NCBI GenBank assembly: GCA_963784695.1
Contig: CAWARZ010000005.1
Coordinates: forward strand, 60,955-124,954
DNA length: 64,000 bases
Source of the DNA: an uncultured Chloroflexia bacterium
GTDB lineage: Bacteria > Chloroflexota > Chloroflexia > QHBQ01 > JAICKM01
Reading direction: 5' to 3'
Translations under genes and position numbers: made by a program
The notes under the pieces: model-generated
What the model was told of the DNA's origin: nothing
Seen by the model: only the letters and a program-made list of their open reading frames with translations
Database searches by the model: none
Shown: positions 14,848 through 26,008 of the stretch, in pieces
How positions within the stretch are numbered: position 1 is the stretch's first letter
Layout: every line of letters starts with the position of its first letter

Positions 14848-16011
14848 CAGCCGTCCAGGCTCTTTCGCGTCATCAGGTTGAGTGAGGCGTTCAGGTCGTC
14901 GGTCTGCCGCAGCGAGACGAGTAGCTCCGGGATGAAGGAGTCGCCCAGGCGGCCTGTCAGGAAGTGGACGAAGGAGTAGCCCTCCGCGTAGGCCAGGGGC
15001 GCCGTCGCGCCGTCGAGCAGCATCGTGTCGAGATCCTCGGGCGGGGCCAGCTCCCCCGCGATCTGGAACTGCTGCACCATGCGCACGTACTCCGTCGTCG
15101 GCTCGCCGGAGACGTAGACCGCGATGCCCTCGTTCAGCCAGTGGGGCACGTTCAGGCCGGCGAGCACGAACTCGGCATGGTGCGTGAACTCGTGCGTCAG
15201 CGTGGTGCGGATCTCGTCGTCCAGCTGCGCCTCGGTGCCGTCGCCGTTCGGCCAGAAGAAGGGCGAGAGCATCGACATCTCGCGCGTGCGCGGGTAATAA
15301 AGGGCGATCGTGGTGAACGCCGACGCGGGCATGTCGGTCGGGCGCGACACGAGGTTCACGTCCACGTCGAGCTTCGTGATGCCCATGAACGTGCTGACCC
15401 GGTCATAGACGGCGGGCGCGAAGCGCGCCAGCTCGGGCAGGTAGCTCTCGTCCATGGCGTGGAAGGTGACGTGGAAGGGCCCGATGGTGCGTGTGTCGCG
15501 CAGGCCCTGCTCCTCGAGCGCGGGCTGCGAGTGGTACCAGTGCCCGGCGATGCGGCGGAAGAACATGCCGACGTGGTAGCGGCCCGGGCACGAATCGAGC
15601 GACACGTCGGCCATCGCCGTGTCGGGGCCGGGCCCGAAGCGCACGTTGCGGACGCAGCTGTACTCGCTGGTCAGTTCCGAATCGTTGTCGAACTCGCCCA
15701 TCTGGAAGTGATACCAGTCGCGGTCGCCTTTGTCGATCTGGCTCAGGTACTCGTCCTTGTCGCCGTCCAGCACCGCGCGGCGCTCGATGTCGACCACCGA
15801 CTGCAGGTCGGGCTGAATCGAACTCGGGCGTGATCGGCGTGGGCGTCGGGCGGGGCGGCGGGCGCGTGGCCGTGGGCGGGGGCACGGGCGTGGCCGTCGG
15901 GGTGGGCACCGGGGTGGGCGTCGGCGGCTCGAAGGCCACGACGCCGCAGGCGTTGAGCAGCACCAGGCAGGCCAGCAGGACCGCTGCGCGCGCAACCCGG
16001 GAGGCAGGCAT
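14814..16011 (-). CDS. Lipoprotein with Pro/Thr linker and peptidase MA (zincin) domain; frameshift ~15825
   Basis: Lipobox LLNAC, PTPTP linker, HEFTH and WLNEGIA motifs. Confidence 0.8.
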
Positions 16012-16294
16012 GAATGGTCGCTTTCTGGCCCACGCCCTGGGGTTTGGCGCCGTCCGAAGTCGGCGGAGGCGGGCGCGGCGGGCCGGCGTGGCCGGGGGCT
16101 ATTATAGCACAGGTCGTCCGGCGGGGCGCGTCTCCGCCCCGCGATGATCGTGCCCATCGGGGATGTCGCCGATAGCCGGGCGTGGCTGTAGGAGGGCCGC
16201 TCCGTCGCGCGACAACCGCCGCCGCAAGACCCGGCCGGATAAGCACCCTGCGGCCGCCCGGCCGCGTGGCCGCGGGGCCAGGGCGCCCCCGCCG

Positions 16295-17934
16295 CTACAA
16301 GCTGCCCGCGACCACCGCCCCGCCCACGACCGTCGCCAGGACGCGCGTCTGCGGGATCGTCGCCGGGTCGATCGTGAACAGATCCCGGTCGAGCACGACG
16401 AAGTCGGCCAGCTTGCCCGATGTGAGCGAGCCCTTGGAGTCGTCTTCCCCGGCCGCGTAGGCCGCGCCGAGCGTGTAGGCGCGGACCGCGTCTGCCACCG
16501 ACAGGCGCTCGTCCGGGGTCCAGCCGCCGGGCGGGGTGCCGTCGGGCCGCTGCCGCGTCACCGCGGCGTGGATGCCCGCGAGCGGGTCGAACGTCTCGAC
16601 CGGGGCGTCGGAGCCGAAGGCCAGGCGGGCGCCCGCCGCCTGCAGGCTCTGCCAGGCATAGGCGCCGCGCGCCGCCCGCGCGCCCCAGAGCCGGTCGGCC
16701 ATGGCCATGTCCGACGTGGCGTGGATGGGCTGCATCGAGGCGATGACGCCGAGTTGCCGGAAGCGCGGCCAGTCGGCCGGGTCAACCAGTTGGGCGTGCT
16801 CGATGCGGTGGCGCAGGGCGTAGCGCGCGTAGCCGTCGCCGTCGGGCGGCGGGGCGCGCCCGACTCGACGGCGCGGGCGCGCGCGAAGGCGTCGAGCACG
16901 CGCCGGTTGGCCGCGTCGCCGATGGCGTGCACCGCCACCGCGATGCCCGCCGCGCTCGCGGCGAGGATCGCCGCCTCCAGGTCGGCCTGCGGGATCGTCG
17001 CCACGCCGCGGTCGTCCGTGCCCTCGAAGGGGGCGAGCATCTCCGCCGTGCGCGAGCCGAGGCTGCCGTCGCTGAAGATCTTCACCGGGCCGATCCGCAG
17101 CCGCGCGTTGCCGAAGCCGGTGCGCAGGCCTACGGCGATGCTCTCGCGCAGCGTGGGCAGCGCCAGGAACATGACTACGCGCACCGGCAGGCGCCCCGCC
17201 GCCGCGCGCTGCTGGAAGCCCACAAATGCCTCGGGCAACTCGACGTCCTGGATCGTCGTCAGCCCGCTGGCGACGACCGTTTGCAGGCCCTCGTCGATCG
17301 CCGCGTCCCGCGCCGCGGCGCTCTCGGGCGGCACGCGGTCCGCGACCAGGTCAATCGCCGCGCCCTCGTAGAGCATGCCGTCGGGCGCGCCCGCGGCGTC
17401 GCGGCCGATGCGGCCGCCGGGCGGGTCCGGCGTGTCGCGCGTGATGCCCGCCGCGGCCAACGCCGCGTGGTTCACCCAGATCGAGTGGCCGTCCTTGCGG
17501 TCGAGCACGGCCGGGTGGTCGCCGGTCACCGGGTCGAGGTCGGCGGCGGTCGGGAAGACGGGCGGGTCCCAGGTCGTGTTGTCCCAGCCGCCGCCGAGCA
17601 CCCAGGCGCCGGGCTCGAGCGTCGCCACGCGCGCGGCGAGGCGCTCGCGCACGGCCGCCACGCCGGACGTGCCCTCCAGGTTCACGCGCAGCAGGCCCAT
17701 GGCGTACCACATGAAGTGGATGTGCGCGTCGATCAGGCCGGGGATGACCGTGGCCCCGCCGCCGTCGAGCAGCCGGGCGCGCGGCCCGGCCGCGGCGACC
17801 ACCTCGTCGGCGGGGCCGGCGGCGATCAGGCGGTGGCCCCGCCAGGCGAGCGCCTCCGCGCGGGGCTGGGCGGGGTCCATTGTGTAGGCCTGCACGTGGC
17901 GCAGGACGGTGACGGGTTCAAGGGCGGTGCTCAT
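16295..17934 (-). CDS. Amidohydrolase 3 (YtcJ-like); frameshift ~16830
   Basis: PGLIDAHIH, DGHSIWVN, KIFSDGSLG, HAIGD, FGSDAP and GKLADFVVL motifs. Confidence 0.9.
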
Positions 17935-19382
17935 GCGGGGGCCTCCGTGGGGGAGTCGAGGACGCGCACGCGGCCCACGCCGGGCGGCGTGACGGGCGAG
18001 TGCGCGGCCAGATAGGCCGTCAGGGTGCGGCCGAGCGGGCCCGGTGCCAGCGCCAGGTCGTCCGGCCGGGGCGGGCCGAGCTCGTCGAGCACCCCGAAAT
18101 GCAGGTCGTAGTAGGCCGAGCCGACGCGGTAGCGGGCGTCCGGAGCAATCGGCGTGCCGTCGGATCGGGTCAGCGCGGAGACGCGGTGCCCCGGCGCGCC
18201 CGCCGGGTCGACCGTGAGCCGCAGCCCGGCGACCGCGGGCTGGCCCGCGGGCTTGTTGCGCAGCGGCAGCGGCTTGCTCGCCATGTGGGACGGCTGCAGC
18301 CGCCATTCGAGCAGCGCGCGCAATTGGGCGCCGCTGAGCGTGACCACGGCTGGGTGCGTGGGCGTGCCGAGCACGTGCAGCATGTCGCCCTGCGTCACCG
18401 GCCCGGCGTCGAGGCCGCGTCGCAGGTGGCCGGGCAAGATAACCGCCACGTCCGCCTCCGTCCGCGCGCAGACCGCGTCGGCCAGCAGGTTGGCCAGCGG
18501 GCTCTCCGCGTCGTAGGCGAGCGGGGCGGGCGCGGTCAGCGTCGCGACGACCGTGTCGAGCCCGGCCTGCTGGGCGGCTTGCTGCGCGGCCCAGGCCGCC
18601 TCGACGGCCGGGTCGGGCGGCACCGCGCGGTCGAGCGGCAGCAGGCTCCCGCGGATCGCCTGCACGCCCGCACGGTCGAGCGTGATGTCGAGCCGGCCAA
18701 TCCAGGCGCCGCGGTGGCCGGTCTCGACGATGGGCACGCCGTTGACCCAGAGCGGCTCGGGGTAGACGGCATGGTCATGCGCACTGATGATCCAGCCGAG
18801 GGCGGACCCGAAGTGCGCGGCGAGCTCGCGGTCGCGTCCCGAGCCGCAGTGCGACAGCACGGCGACGACGTCGGCGCCCGCGGCGCGCACGCGCGGCAGC
18901 CAGGTCTCCAGCACGCTCTGCGCGTCGGCCACGCGGAAGCCCAGGCTGGCGTACTCGCGGATGGCGACGGTGAGGCCGATGACGCCGAGCGTGCAATCGC
19001 CGAACTCGTAGAGGGCGAACGGCGTGGTCGCGGCGGGCGCGGCGCCGGTGGCCGTCTCGGCCAGGCCGGCCAGCAGCACGGGCTTGCCGAACGCGGCGGC
19101 CGCGCCGGCCAGCGCGCCGCTGCCGTAGGTGAGCAGTAGCCCGTTGCCGACCGTGGCCTGGTCCACCCCGGCGGCGCGCAGCAGCGCCCACATGGCGGCG
19201 CCGTGGCTGGCCGCGCTCTCGAGCACGGTCCACTCCTCGACGTCGCCCGCGTCCCACCAGAGGCACGGCCGGCCGGCGGCCCCGGCCTCCGCGCGGATGG
19301 CCCGCGCCCGCGTGGCGGCCTCGGCGATGCCGGCCACGGCGCCGTGGAAGTCGTTGGTATGCAGCAGAGTCAGCTGGGTCAC
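17931..19382 (-). CDS. Bifunctional metallophosphatase/5'-nucleotidase family protein
   Basis: LHTNDFHG, DAGD, VGN, LSHCG and SAHDH motifs plus a C-terminal 5'-nucleotidase domain. Confidence 0.88.
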   Translation of the reverse strand: MTQLTLLHTNDFHGAVAGIAEAATRARAIRAEAGAAGRPCLWWDAGDVEEWTVLESAASHGAAMWALLRAAGVDQATVGNGLLLTYGSGALAGAAAAFGKPVLLAGLAETATGAAPAATTPFALYEFGDCTLGVIGLTVAIREYASLGFRVADAQSVLETWLPRVRAAGADVVAVLSHCGSGRDRELAAHFGSALGWIISAHDHAVYPEPLWVNGVPIVETGHRGAWIGRLDITLDRAGVQAIRGSLLPLDRAVPPDPAVEAAWAAQQAAQQAGLDTVVATLTAPAPLAYDAESPLANLLADAVCARTEADVAVILPGHLRRGLDAGPVTQGDMLHVLGTPTHPAVVTLSGAQLRALLEWRLQPSHMASKPLPLRNKPAGQPAVAGLRLTVDPAGAPGHRVSALTRSDGTPIAPDARYRVGSAYYDLHFGVLDELGPPRPDDLALAPGPLGRTLTAYLAAHSPVTPPGVGRVRVLDSPTEAPA

Positions 19383-19431
19383 GCGGCCATTATACCCCGG
19401 GCCCGGGGCAGGCTGCCAGGCCGATCCGCGC

Positions 19432-19460
19432 TTGACAGGACCCGCCCCCTTTGGTATAAT
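19432..19460 (+). promoter_or_regulatory. sigma70 promoter of tRNA-Gln
   Basis: TTGACA (19432-19437), 17-nt spacer, TATAAT (19455-19460). Confidence 0.85.
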
Positions 19461-19471
19461 TCACCTCGCGA

Positions 19472-19545
19472 TGGGGAGTCGTCTAACGGTAGGACAGCTG
19501 ACTCTGGATCAGTAAGTTGGGGTTCGAATCCCTGCTCCCCAGCCA
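19472..19545 (+). tRNA. tRNA-Gln (anticodon CTG)
   Basis: TGGGGAG/CTCCCCA acceptor stem, anticodon arm CTGA-CTCTGGA-TCAG, T-loop GGTTCGAATCC, encoded CCA end. Confidence 0.96.
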
Positions 19546-19575
19546 CGAAAATAGCTCATGCAAAGCACGGCGTTA

Positions 19576-19603
19576 GCCCCGGCCACCTCTGGCCGGGGCT
19601 TTT
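19576..19603 (+). terminator. Intrinsic terminator after tRNA
   Basis: AGCCCCGGCCA-CCTC-TGGCCGGGGCT followed by TTT. Confidence 0.8.
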
Positions 19604-19679
19604 GCATTGGGGGAGCCGGCGTCCGGTCCCTGCCCGCGCGGCCGGGCACCGGGCGAGGTACGCGAGGACGACGGCGGCG

Positions 19680-20041
19680 ATGGCGGCGTTCCTGGCCCGG
19701 TTTCCGCCGGAGATCCAGGCGATCGGCCAGGCGCTCTGCACGCGGGTGCAGGCCGGGATGCCGGCGGCGCGCGCGGAGCTCCGCGCGTCTGAGAACCACA
19801 TCGCGTTCAATGCCGGGCCCTCCCCCAGCGATCGGATCGTGTACGTCTGCGTGCTGCCCACCTACGTGCGGCTGAGCCTCGACTACGGCGCCCTCCTGCC
19901 GGACCCGGTGCACATCCTGAAAGCACCGGCAAACGGATGCGGCATGTGAAGCTGCGCACCTTGGCGGCGGCCGCCGATCCGGCGCTGCCCCCGCTCCTCG
20001 CGGCCGCTTGCACCGAGGCGCAGGCGCGCGCCGCGCGGTAA
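19680..20041 (+). CDS. DUF1801/YdhG-like protein (frameshift ~19923)
   Basis: FLARFPPEIQ..YVRLSLDYGALLPDP continues into (G)TGKRMRHVKL in the next frame. Confidence 0.7.
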
Positions 20042-20236
20042 GTGCGACGGGGCCGTGGCTGCAGCTCGGTACCGCCGCCCCACCACCCGGCGTTACCCCC
20101 GATCCCGGCGCCGACTATCCGACCAGCGTTCCGCGCGCCACTCGAGTCGTGGTATACTAGAACAGCGCCGAAGGGGGATTGACCAGCGTGCGTCCGGCTA
20201 ACGCTCGGCCGGCCGCCGCGCCAATAGGACCCGCGT

Positions 20237-23008
20237 ATGGCCACGCACCCCACGGGTACCGTCACGTTCCTATTCACCGACGTCGAGGCGAGCACCCAGC
20301 GCTGGGAGCAGCACCCGGCCTGGATGGCCGCCGCCCACGCCCGCCACGAGGCCATCCTGCGCGCCGCCATCGCCGCCTACGGGGGCTGGGCCTACAAGCA
20401 GATCGGCGACGCCTTCCAGGCCGCCTTCCAGACCGCCCCCGCCGCGCTCGCCGCCGCTGTCGCCGCCCAGCAGGCCCTTGCCGTCGAGCCCTGGGGCGAG
20501 CCCGGCCCCCTGACTGTGCGCATGGCCCTGCACACCGGCACCGTCGAGGAGCGGGCGGACGACTACGTGGGGCCGCTGCTCAACCGCGTGGCGCGGCTGC
20601 ATGAGTGCAGGGCACGGCGGCCAAATCCTGCTGACGGCGACGACATACGAGCTCGTGCGCGATCACCTGCCGGACGGGGTGGCGCTGCGGGACCTGGGCG
20701 AGCGGCGGCTGAAGGACCTCACGCGGCCCGAGCACGTCTGGCAGGTGGCCGCCGACGGGCTGCCTGCGGAGTTCCCGCCGCTGAAGACCCTGGACGCCCG
20801 GCCGAACAACCTGCCCGCCCAGCCCAACGCCTTCATCGGCCGCGAAGCCCAGATCGCCGACGTGCTGGCGCTGCTGCGCCGCCCCGATGTGCGGCTGCTG
20901 ACGCTGACCGGGCCCGGCGGCACGGGCAAGACGCGCCTGGCGCTGCAGGTGGCGGCCGACCTGCTCGACGACTTCGCCGACGGCGTCTGGTTCGTCGACC
21001 TGGCGCCGCTGAGCGACCCAACGCTCGTGATCCCCACGATCGCCCAGGTGCTCGGCGTGAAGGAGCAAGGCGCGCGCCCCCTGCGCGACACGCTCAGCGA
21101 CTATCTGCGCGGCAAGCAGCTGCTGCTCGTGCTCGACAACTTCGAGCAAGTAGTGGAGGCGGCCCCCGACGTCGCCGCCCTGCTGGCCGCCTGCCCGCAG
21201 CTGGCCGTGCTGGTGACGAGCCGCATCGCGCTCCGCCTGCGCGGCGAGCACGAGTACGCGGTGCCGCCCCTGGCTCTGCCGGACCCGGCACATCTGCCGC
21301 CACCCGAGGGGCTCAGCCAGTACGAGTCCGTCCGCCTCTTCATCGACCGGGCGGTCGCCGTCAAGGCCGACTTCGCGGTGACCAACGCCAACGCGCCCGC
21401 CGTCGCGGAGATCTGCGCCCGCCTCGACGGCTTGCCCCTGGCGATCGAGCTGGCCGCCGCGCGCATCCGGCTCTTGCCGCCCGAGGCGCTGCTCGCGCGG
21501 CTCGGGGAGCGGCTCAAGCTGCTGACCGGCGGGCCGCGGGACCTGCCCGCCCGCCAGCAGACGCTCCGGGCCGCCATCGGCTGGAGCTACGATCTGCTGG
21601 ATCCAGGGGGAACAACAGTTGTTCCGCCACATGGCGGTCTTCCCGGGGGGTGCCACGCTGGCGGCGCAGGAGGTGATCTGCAACTTCGACGGCCACTGCG
21701 GGTCGACGTGTTTGACGGGGTGGAGATGCTGCTGAGCAACAGCCTGCTCCAGCAGCGGAGCGGCCCCGACGGCAGCCCCGCCTCTGGATGCTGGAGACGA
21801 TCCAGGAGTTTGCGCGGGAGAAGTTGGTGGCGAGTGGCGAAGCGGACGAGCTGAGGCGGCGGCACCTCGCCTACTTCCTCGCCCTTGCCGAGGAGTCGAC
21901 CGTGCCGCCGGTCGACACCCGGCTCGCGGCCTGGCCCGCCATGATCGAGGAAGAGCGGGACAACCTGCGGGCGGCCTGGGCGTGGGCGATGCGCGCGGCC
22001 GGCCCCGGGGACGACCAGGCCTTGCGGCTAACCGCGGCTTTGGCCGATTTCTGGCTAATGGGCTCCCGTATGCAAGAGGGGCGGCAGCGGCTGGAGGCGG
22101 CTCTGTCCCGGTCGGAGACCAGGGGCACGCCGCGCGCGGCCGCGCTCCTGAGCCTCGCCCAGCTCACGTTTTACACCGCGGATCCCCGCGACGCCCAACG
22201 CTTGGCTGAAGAGAGCCTGGCCCTGTCGCGGGAGCTAGGCGATACCCGAGCAATCGCGGGCAGTTTGGTAGCGTTGGCATCATTCGCTGCGCAGTTTGGC
22301 AACTATGACGGTGCGCTTGCCATGGCAGAGGAAGCCGTGATGCGGGCGCGGGAATCGGGGGACAGGCGGAGTATCGCGAACAGCGTTGGCCTTGTTGCCT
22401 GGATTGCTAGACTTCAGGGTGATTACGCGCAGGCTCAAGTTTTGTGCGAGGAAGCACTCGCCTTGTGGCGCTCGATTGGCCACCAGATGGGCACGGCTGA
22501 CGCGCTGGAGGAGCTGGGCGAACTGGCGCGCCTCCGAGGCGACTACGCAGGCGCCGGCGACTGGCTCGACCAGGCTCTGGCAGTTTCGCGAAAGGTTGGG
22601 TATACCCATGTAACCTACGTCGCTCTTTATAGTCTCGGGTGCGTGCATCTGCAACAGGGTAGGGTGGCACGAGCAGCAGCGTGTGCGCGGGAAGCCTTGA
22701 TGCTGAACAAGGAGGCCCGGTTCGGCGGCGCTACAGCAGCCCTCGCGTTCGCCCTAGCTGGCGGCGTGGCCGTTGCCGCAGGTGCATCGGCCAGAGGGGT
22801 GCGGCTGTTGGCGATCGCGCATGCGCTGCTAGAGGCAAACAATGAGGTCCCCGACCCGCTCAACCGCGCGACCTACGATCGCGACGTCGCGGCGAGCAAA
22901 GAAGCGCTGAGCGGATCAGAGTGGGCGGAGGCCTGGGCCGCCGGACGCGGTCTCAGCCTGGAAGAGGCCCTGCGATACGCGCTGGAGGAGACTGTCCCCG
23001 ATGCCTGA
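20237..23008 (+). CDS. Class III nucleotide cyclase - STAND/NB-ARC NTPase - TPR protein, copy 1 (frameshifted)
   Basis: FTDVEAST, KQIGDAF, RMALHTG, NRVARL; GPGGTGKT, LLVLDNFEQ, LDGLPLAIELAAAR, MLETIQE; TPR repeats. Confidence 0.9.
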
Positions 23009-26008
23009 CCACCCCACCGGCACCGTCACCTTCCTGTTCACCGACGTCGAGGCGAGCACCCAGCGCTGGGAGCAGCACCGCGCCTGGATGGAGCAGGCGC
23101 ACGCCCGCCACGAGGCGATCCTGCGCGCGGCCATCGCCGCCCAGGGCGGCTGGGCCTACAAACAGATCGGCGATGCCTTCCAGGCCGCCTTCCAGACGGC
23201 GCCCGCCGCACTCACCGCTGCCGTCGCCGCCCAACGCGCCCTGGCCGCCGAGCCCTGGGGGATCCGGGCCCGCTCACCGTGCGCATGGGCCTGCACACCG
23301 GCACCGCCGCGGAGCGGGCGGACGACTACGTCGGCCCCCTGCTCAACCGCGTAGCGCGGCTGATGAGTGCGGGACACGGCGGCCAGATCCTGCTGACGGC
23401 GACGACATACGAGCTGGTGCGCGACCATCTGGCTGACGGGGTGGCGCTGCGGGATCTGGGCGAGCGGCGGCTGAAAGACCTGACGAGGCCGGAGCATGTC
23501 TGGCAGGTGGTCGCCGACGGCTTGCCCGCCGACTTCCCGCCGCTGAAGACGCTCGACGCGCGGCCGAACAACCTGCCCGCCCAGCCGAACGCCTTCATCG
23601 GCCGCGAGCCGCAGATCGCCGAGGCCCTGGCCCTGCTGCGCCGCCCCGACGTGCGCCTGCTGACGCTGACCGGTCCGGGTGGCACCGGCAAGACGCGCCT
23701 CGCCCTGCAGGTGGCGGCGGATCTCCTCGACGACTTCGCCGACGGGGTCTGGTTCGTGGATCTCGCGCCACTGACCGACCCCATGCTCGTCGATCCCCAC
23801 GATCGCCCAGGTGCTCGGCGTGAAGGAGCAGGGCGTCCGCCCCCTGCGCGACACGCTCGGCGACTATCTGCGCGGCAAGCAGCTGCTGCTCGTGCTCGAT
23901 AACTTCGAGCAGGTGGTCAATGCGGCCGCGGAGGTGAGCGCGCTGCTCGCGGCGGCGCCGGGCCTGAAGCGTGCTGGGCACGAGCCGGGTGCCGCTGCAC
24001 CTGCGGGGCGAGCAGCAGTACGCGGTGCCTCCGCTCGCGCTGCCCGACCCGGCGCATCTGCCGCCGCCCGAGCGGCTCAGCCAGTACGAGTCCGTCCGCC
24101 TCTTCATCGATCGGGCCGCCGCGGTCCAAGCCGATTTCGCGGTGACCAACCGCAACGCGCCTGCCGTTGCGGAGCTCTGCGCCCGCCTCGACGGCTTGCC
24201 CCTGGCCATCGAGCTGGCCGCCGCGCGCATCCGGATGCTCCCGCCGGAGCAGTTGCTTGGCCGGCTCAGCCAGCGGCTCACGCTGCTCACGAGCGGCGCC
24301 CGCGACCTCCCAGCGCGCCAGCAGACGCTGCGCGCGGCCATCGACTGGAGCTACGATCTGCTGACCAGGGGGGAGCAGCAGTTGTTCCGGCGGATGGCCG
24401 TCTTCCAGGGTGGGCGCTCGCTGGAAGCCTTGGAGGCCGTCTGCAATTATGATGGGCAGCTGCAGATCGACGTCTTCGCCGGGGTGGAGACGCTGCTGAG
24501 CAGCAGCCTGCTGCAGCAGCGGACCAGCGCCGACGGGGGGGCGCGCTTCTGGATGCTGGAGACGATCCACGAGTACGCCCGCGAGAAGCTCACGACGAGT
24601 GGGGAACGGGATGCGTTGGCGGGCGCCCACCTCGGCTACTTCCGCAGCCTGGCCGAAGCCGGAGGGCCCAGCCTGGATGAGGCACCGGCTGCGTGGTGGC
24701 TTGTTCGGTTCGAATCGGAGAGGGACAACTTGCGGGCGGCGCTGACGTGGGCGCAGCAGCACGATGGCGAATCGGGACTCCGCGTGGCAGCCGCACTTGG
24801 GGGAGTGTGGGGGAATCTAGGCGAGGCCCGGGAGGGACGTGCCTGGCTAGCGACGGCTCTTGCCCACCCCGCGACACAGGCGCCGAGTCCGGCTCGCGGC
24901 ACGGCGCTCGTCCACGCCAGCAACCTCGCATTTATGGCGGCCGACTATGAGGCGAGTTTCACCCACGCCGCGGAAGGGGCGGGGACCGCCCGTGCGCTTG
25001 GAGAGGCGGCAGGCGAAGCCAACGGGCTATTCATGATGGGCGTCAGTCGCTGCATGCTGGGTGACTCCGCTCAGGGCGTGCAGTTGCTGCGGCAGGCGGA
25101 AACTCTGTACCGCCGGCTAGCGAATCCGATGGGCTCTCCCAATTGCTTGTCAACCTAGGGTGGTTCTTGGCAGATACGGGGGATACAAGAGGTGCCAACG
25201 ACGCACTCGAAGAGGCCCTCATGCTGGCCCGTGGAAGCGGGGAAGAGGTCGCCGTCGCCTTTGTCCTGCTAAACCGTGGCGGCATCGCAACGCCGACAGG
25301 TAATTACGCGCGCGCATGCGAGGATCTGGAAGAGGCGCTCACCCTCTACCGTCGAAATGGCTTCAGCTACCGAGTCGCCACAGTGCTCGTAAACCTAGGC
25401 GAGACGATCGCTTGCCTGGGCGAGTACGCCCGCGCTGAAGAGCTGCTCCGCGAGGCGAACGCCTTGTTCGAGCCTGCTGGTCTACCCGATGAAAGCGCCG
25501 AGACGGAGGTCCACCTTGCGCGAATCGCCCGTTGGCGTGGCGATTCCGACCGCGCCCGCACGCTTGCGGACCGTTCGCTTGGATGGCTATCTGGAGCATA
25601 GCTCCGTTGGTCATGTTACCCTGGTGAAGTCACGAGCGCGGGCGCATGGCTCTCGCGTCGGGTGAGCTGGTCGCCGCCCGTACCTGGCTTCGGCAGAGCC
25701 TGCTCCCCGCCCAGGCCAGCGGGCGCCGGCCCGCAATGGCTAGCGCCCTGGCCGCCCTGGCCGAGGTAAGCGCGGCCGCAGGCCGGCCCGACCGCGCCGC
25801 GCGTCTCGGCGGCGCGGCCGCAGCCCAGCTCCTGGCCGTAGCGCAGCGGCTGCCGCCCGTCGACGACGCCGCCTTCCACGCCGCACTGGACGCCGCCCGC
25901 GCCGCCCTCGGCGAGGCGGCTTTCACCGGCGCCTGGGCCGCCGGCCAGGCCCTGTCGCTCGACGCCGCGGTGGCCCTCGCCCTGGAGGAGACCGTCCCCG
26001 ATGCCTGA
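23001..26008 (+). CDS. Cyclase - STAND - TPR protein, copy 2 (frameshifted)
   Basis: Same motifs as copy 1. Start overlaps the copy-1 stop (ATGCCTGA). TPR region is divergent. Confidence 0.88.
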
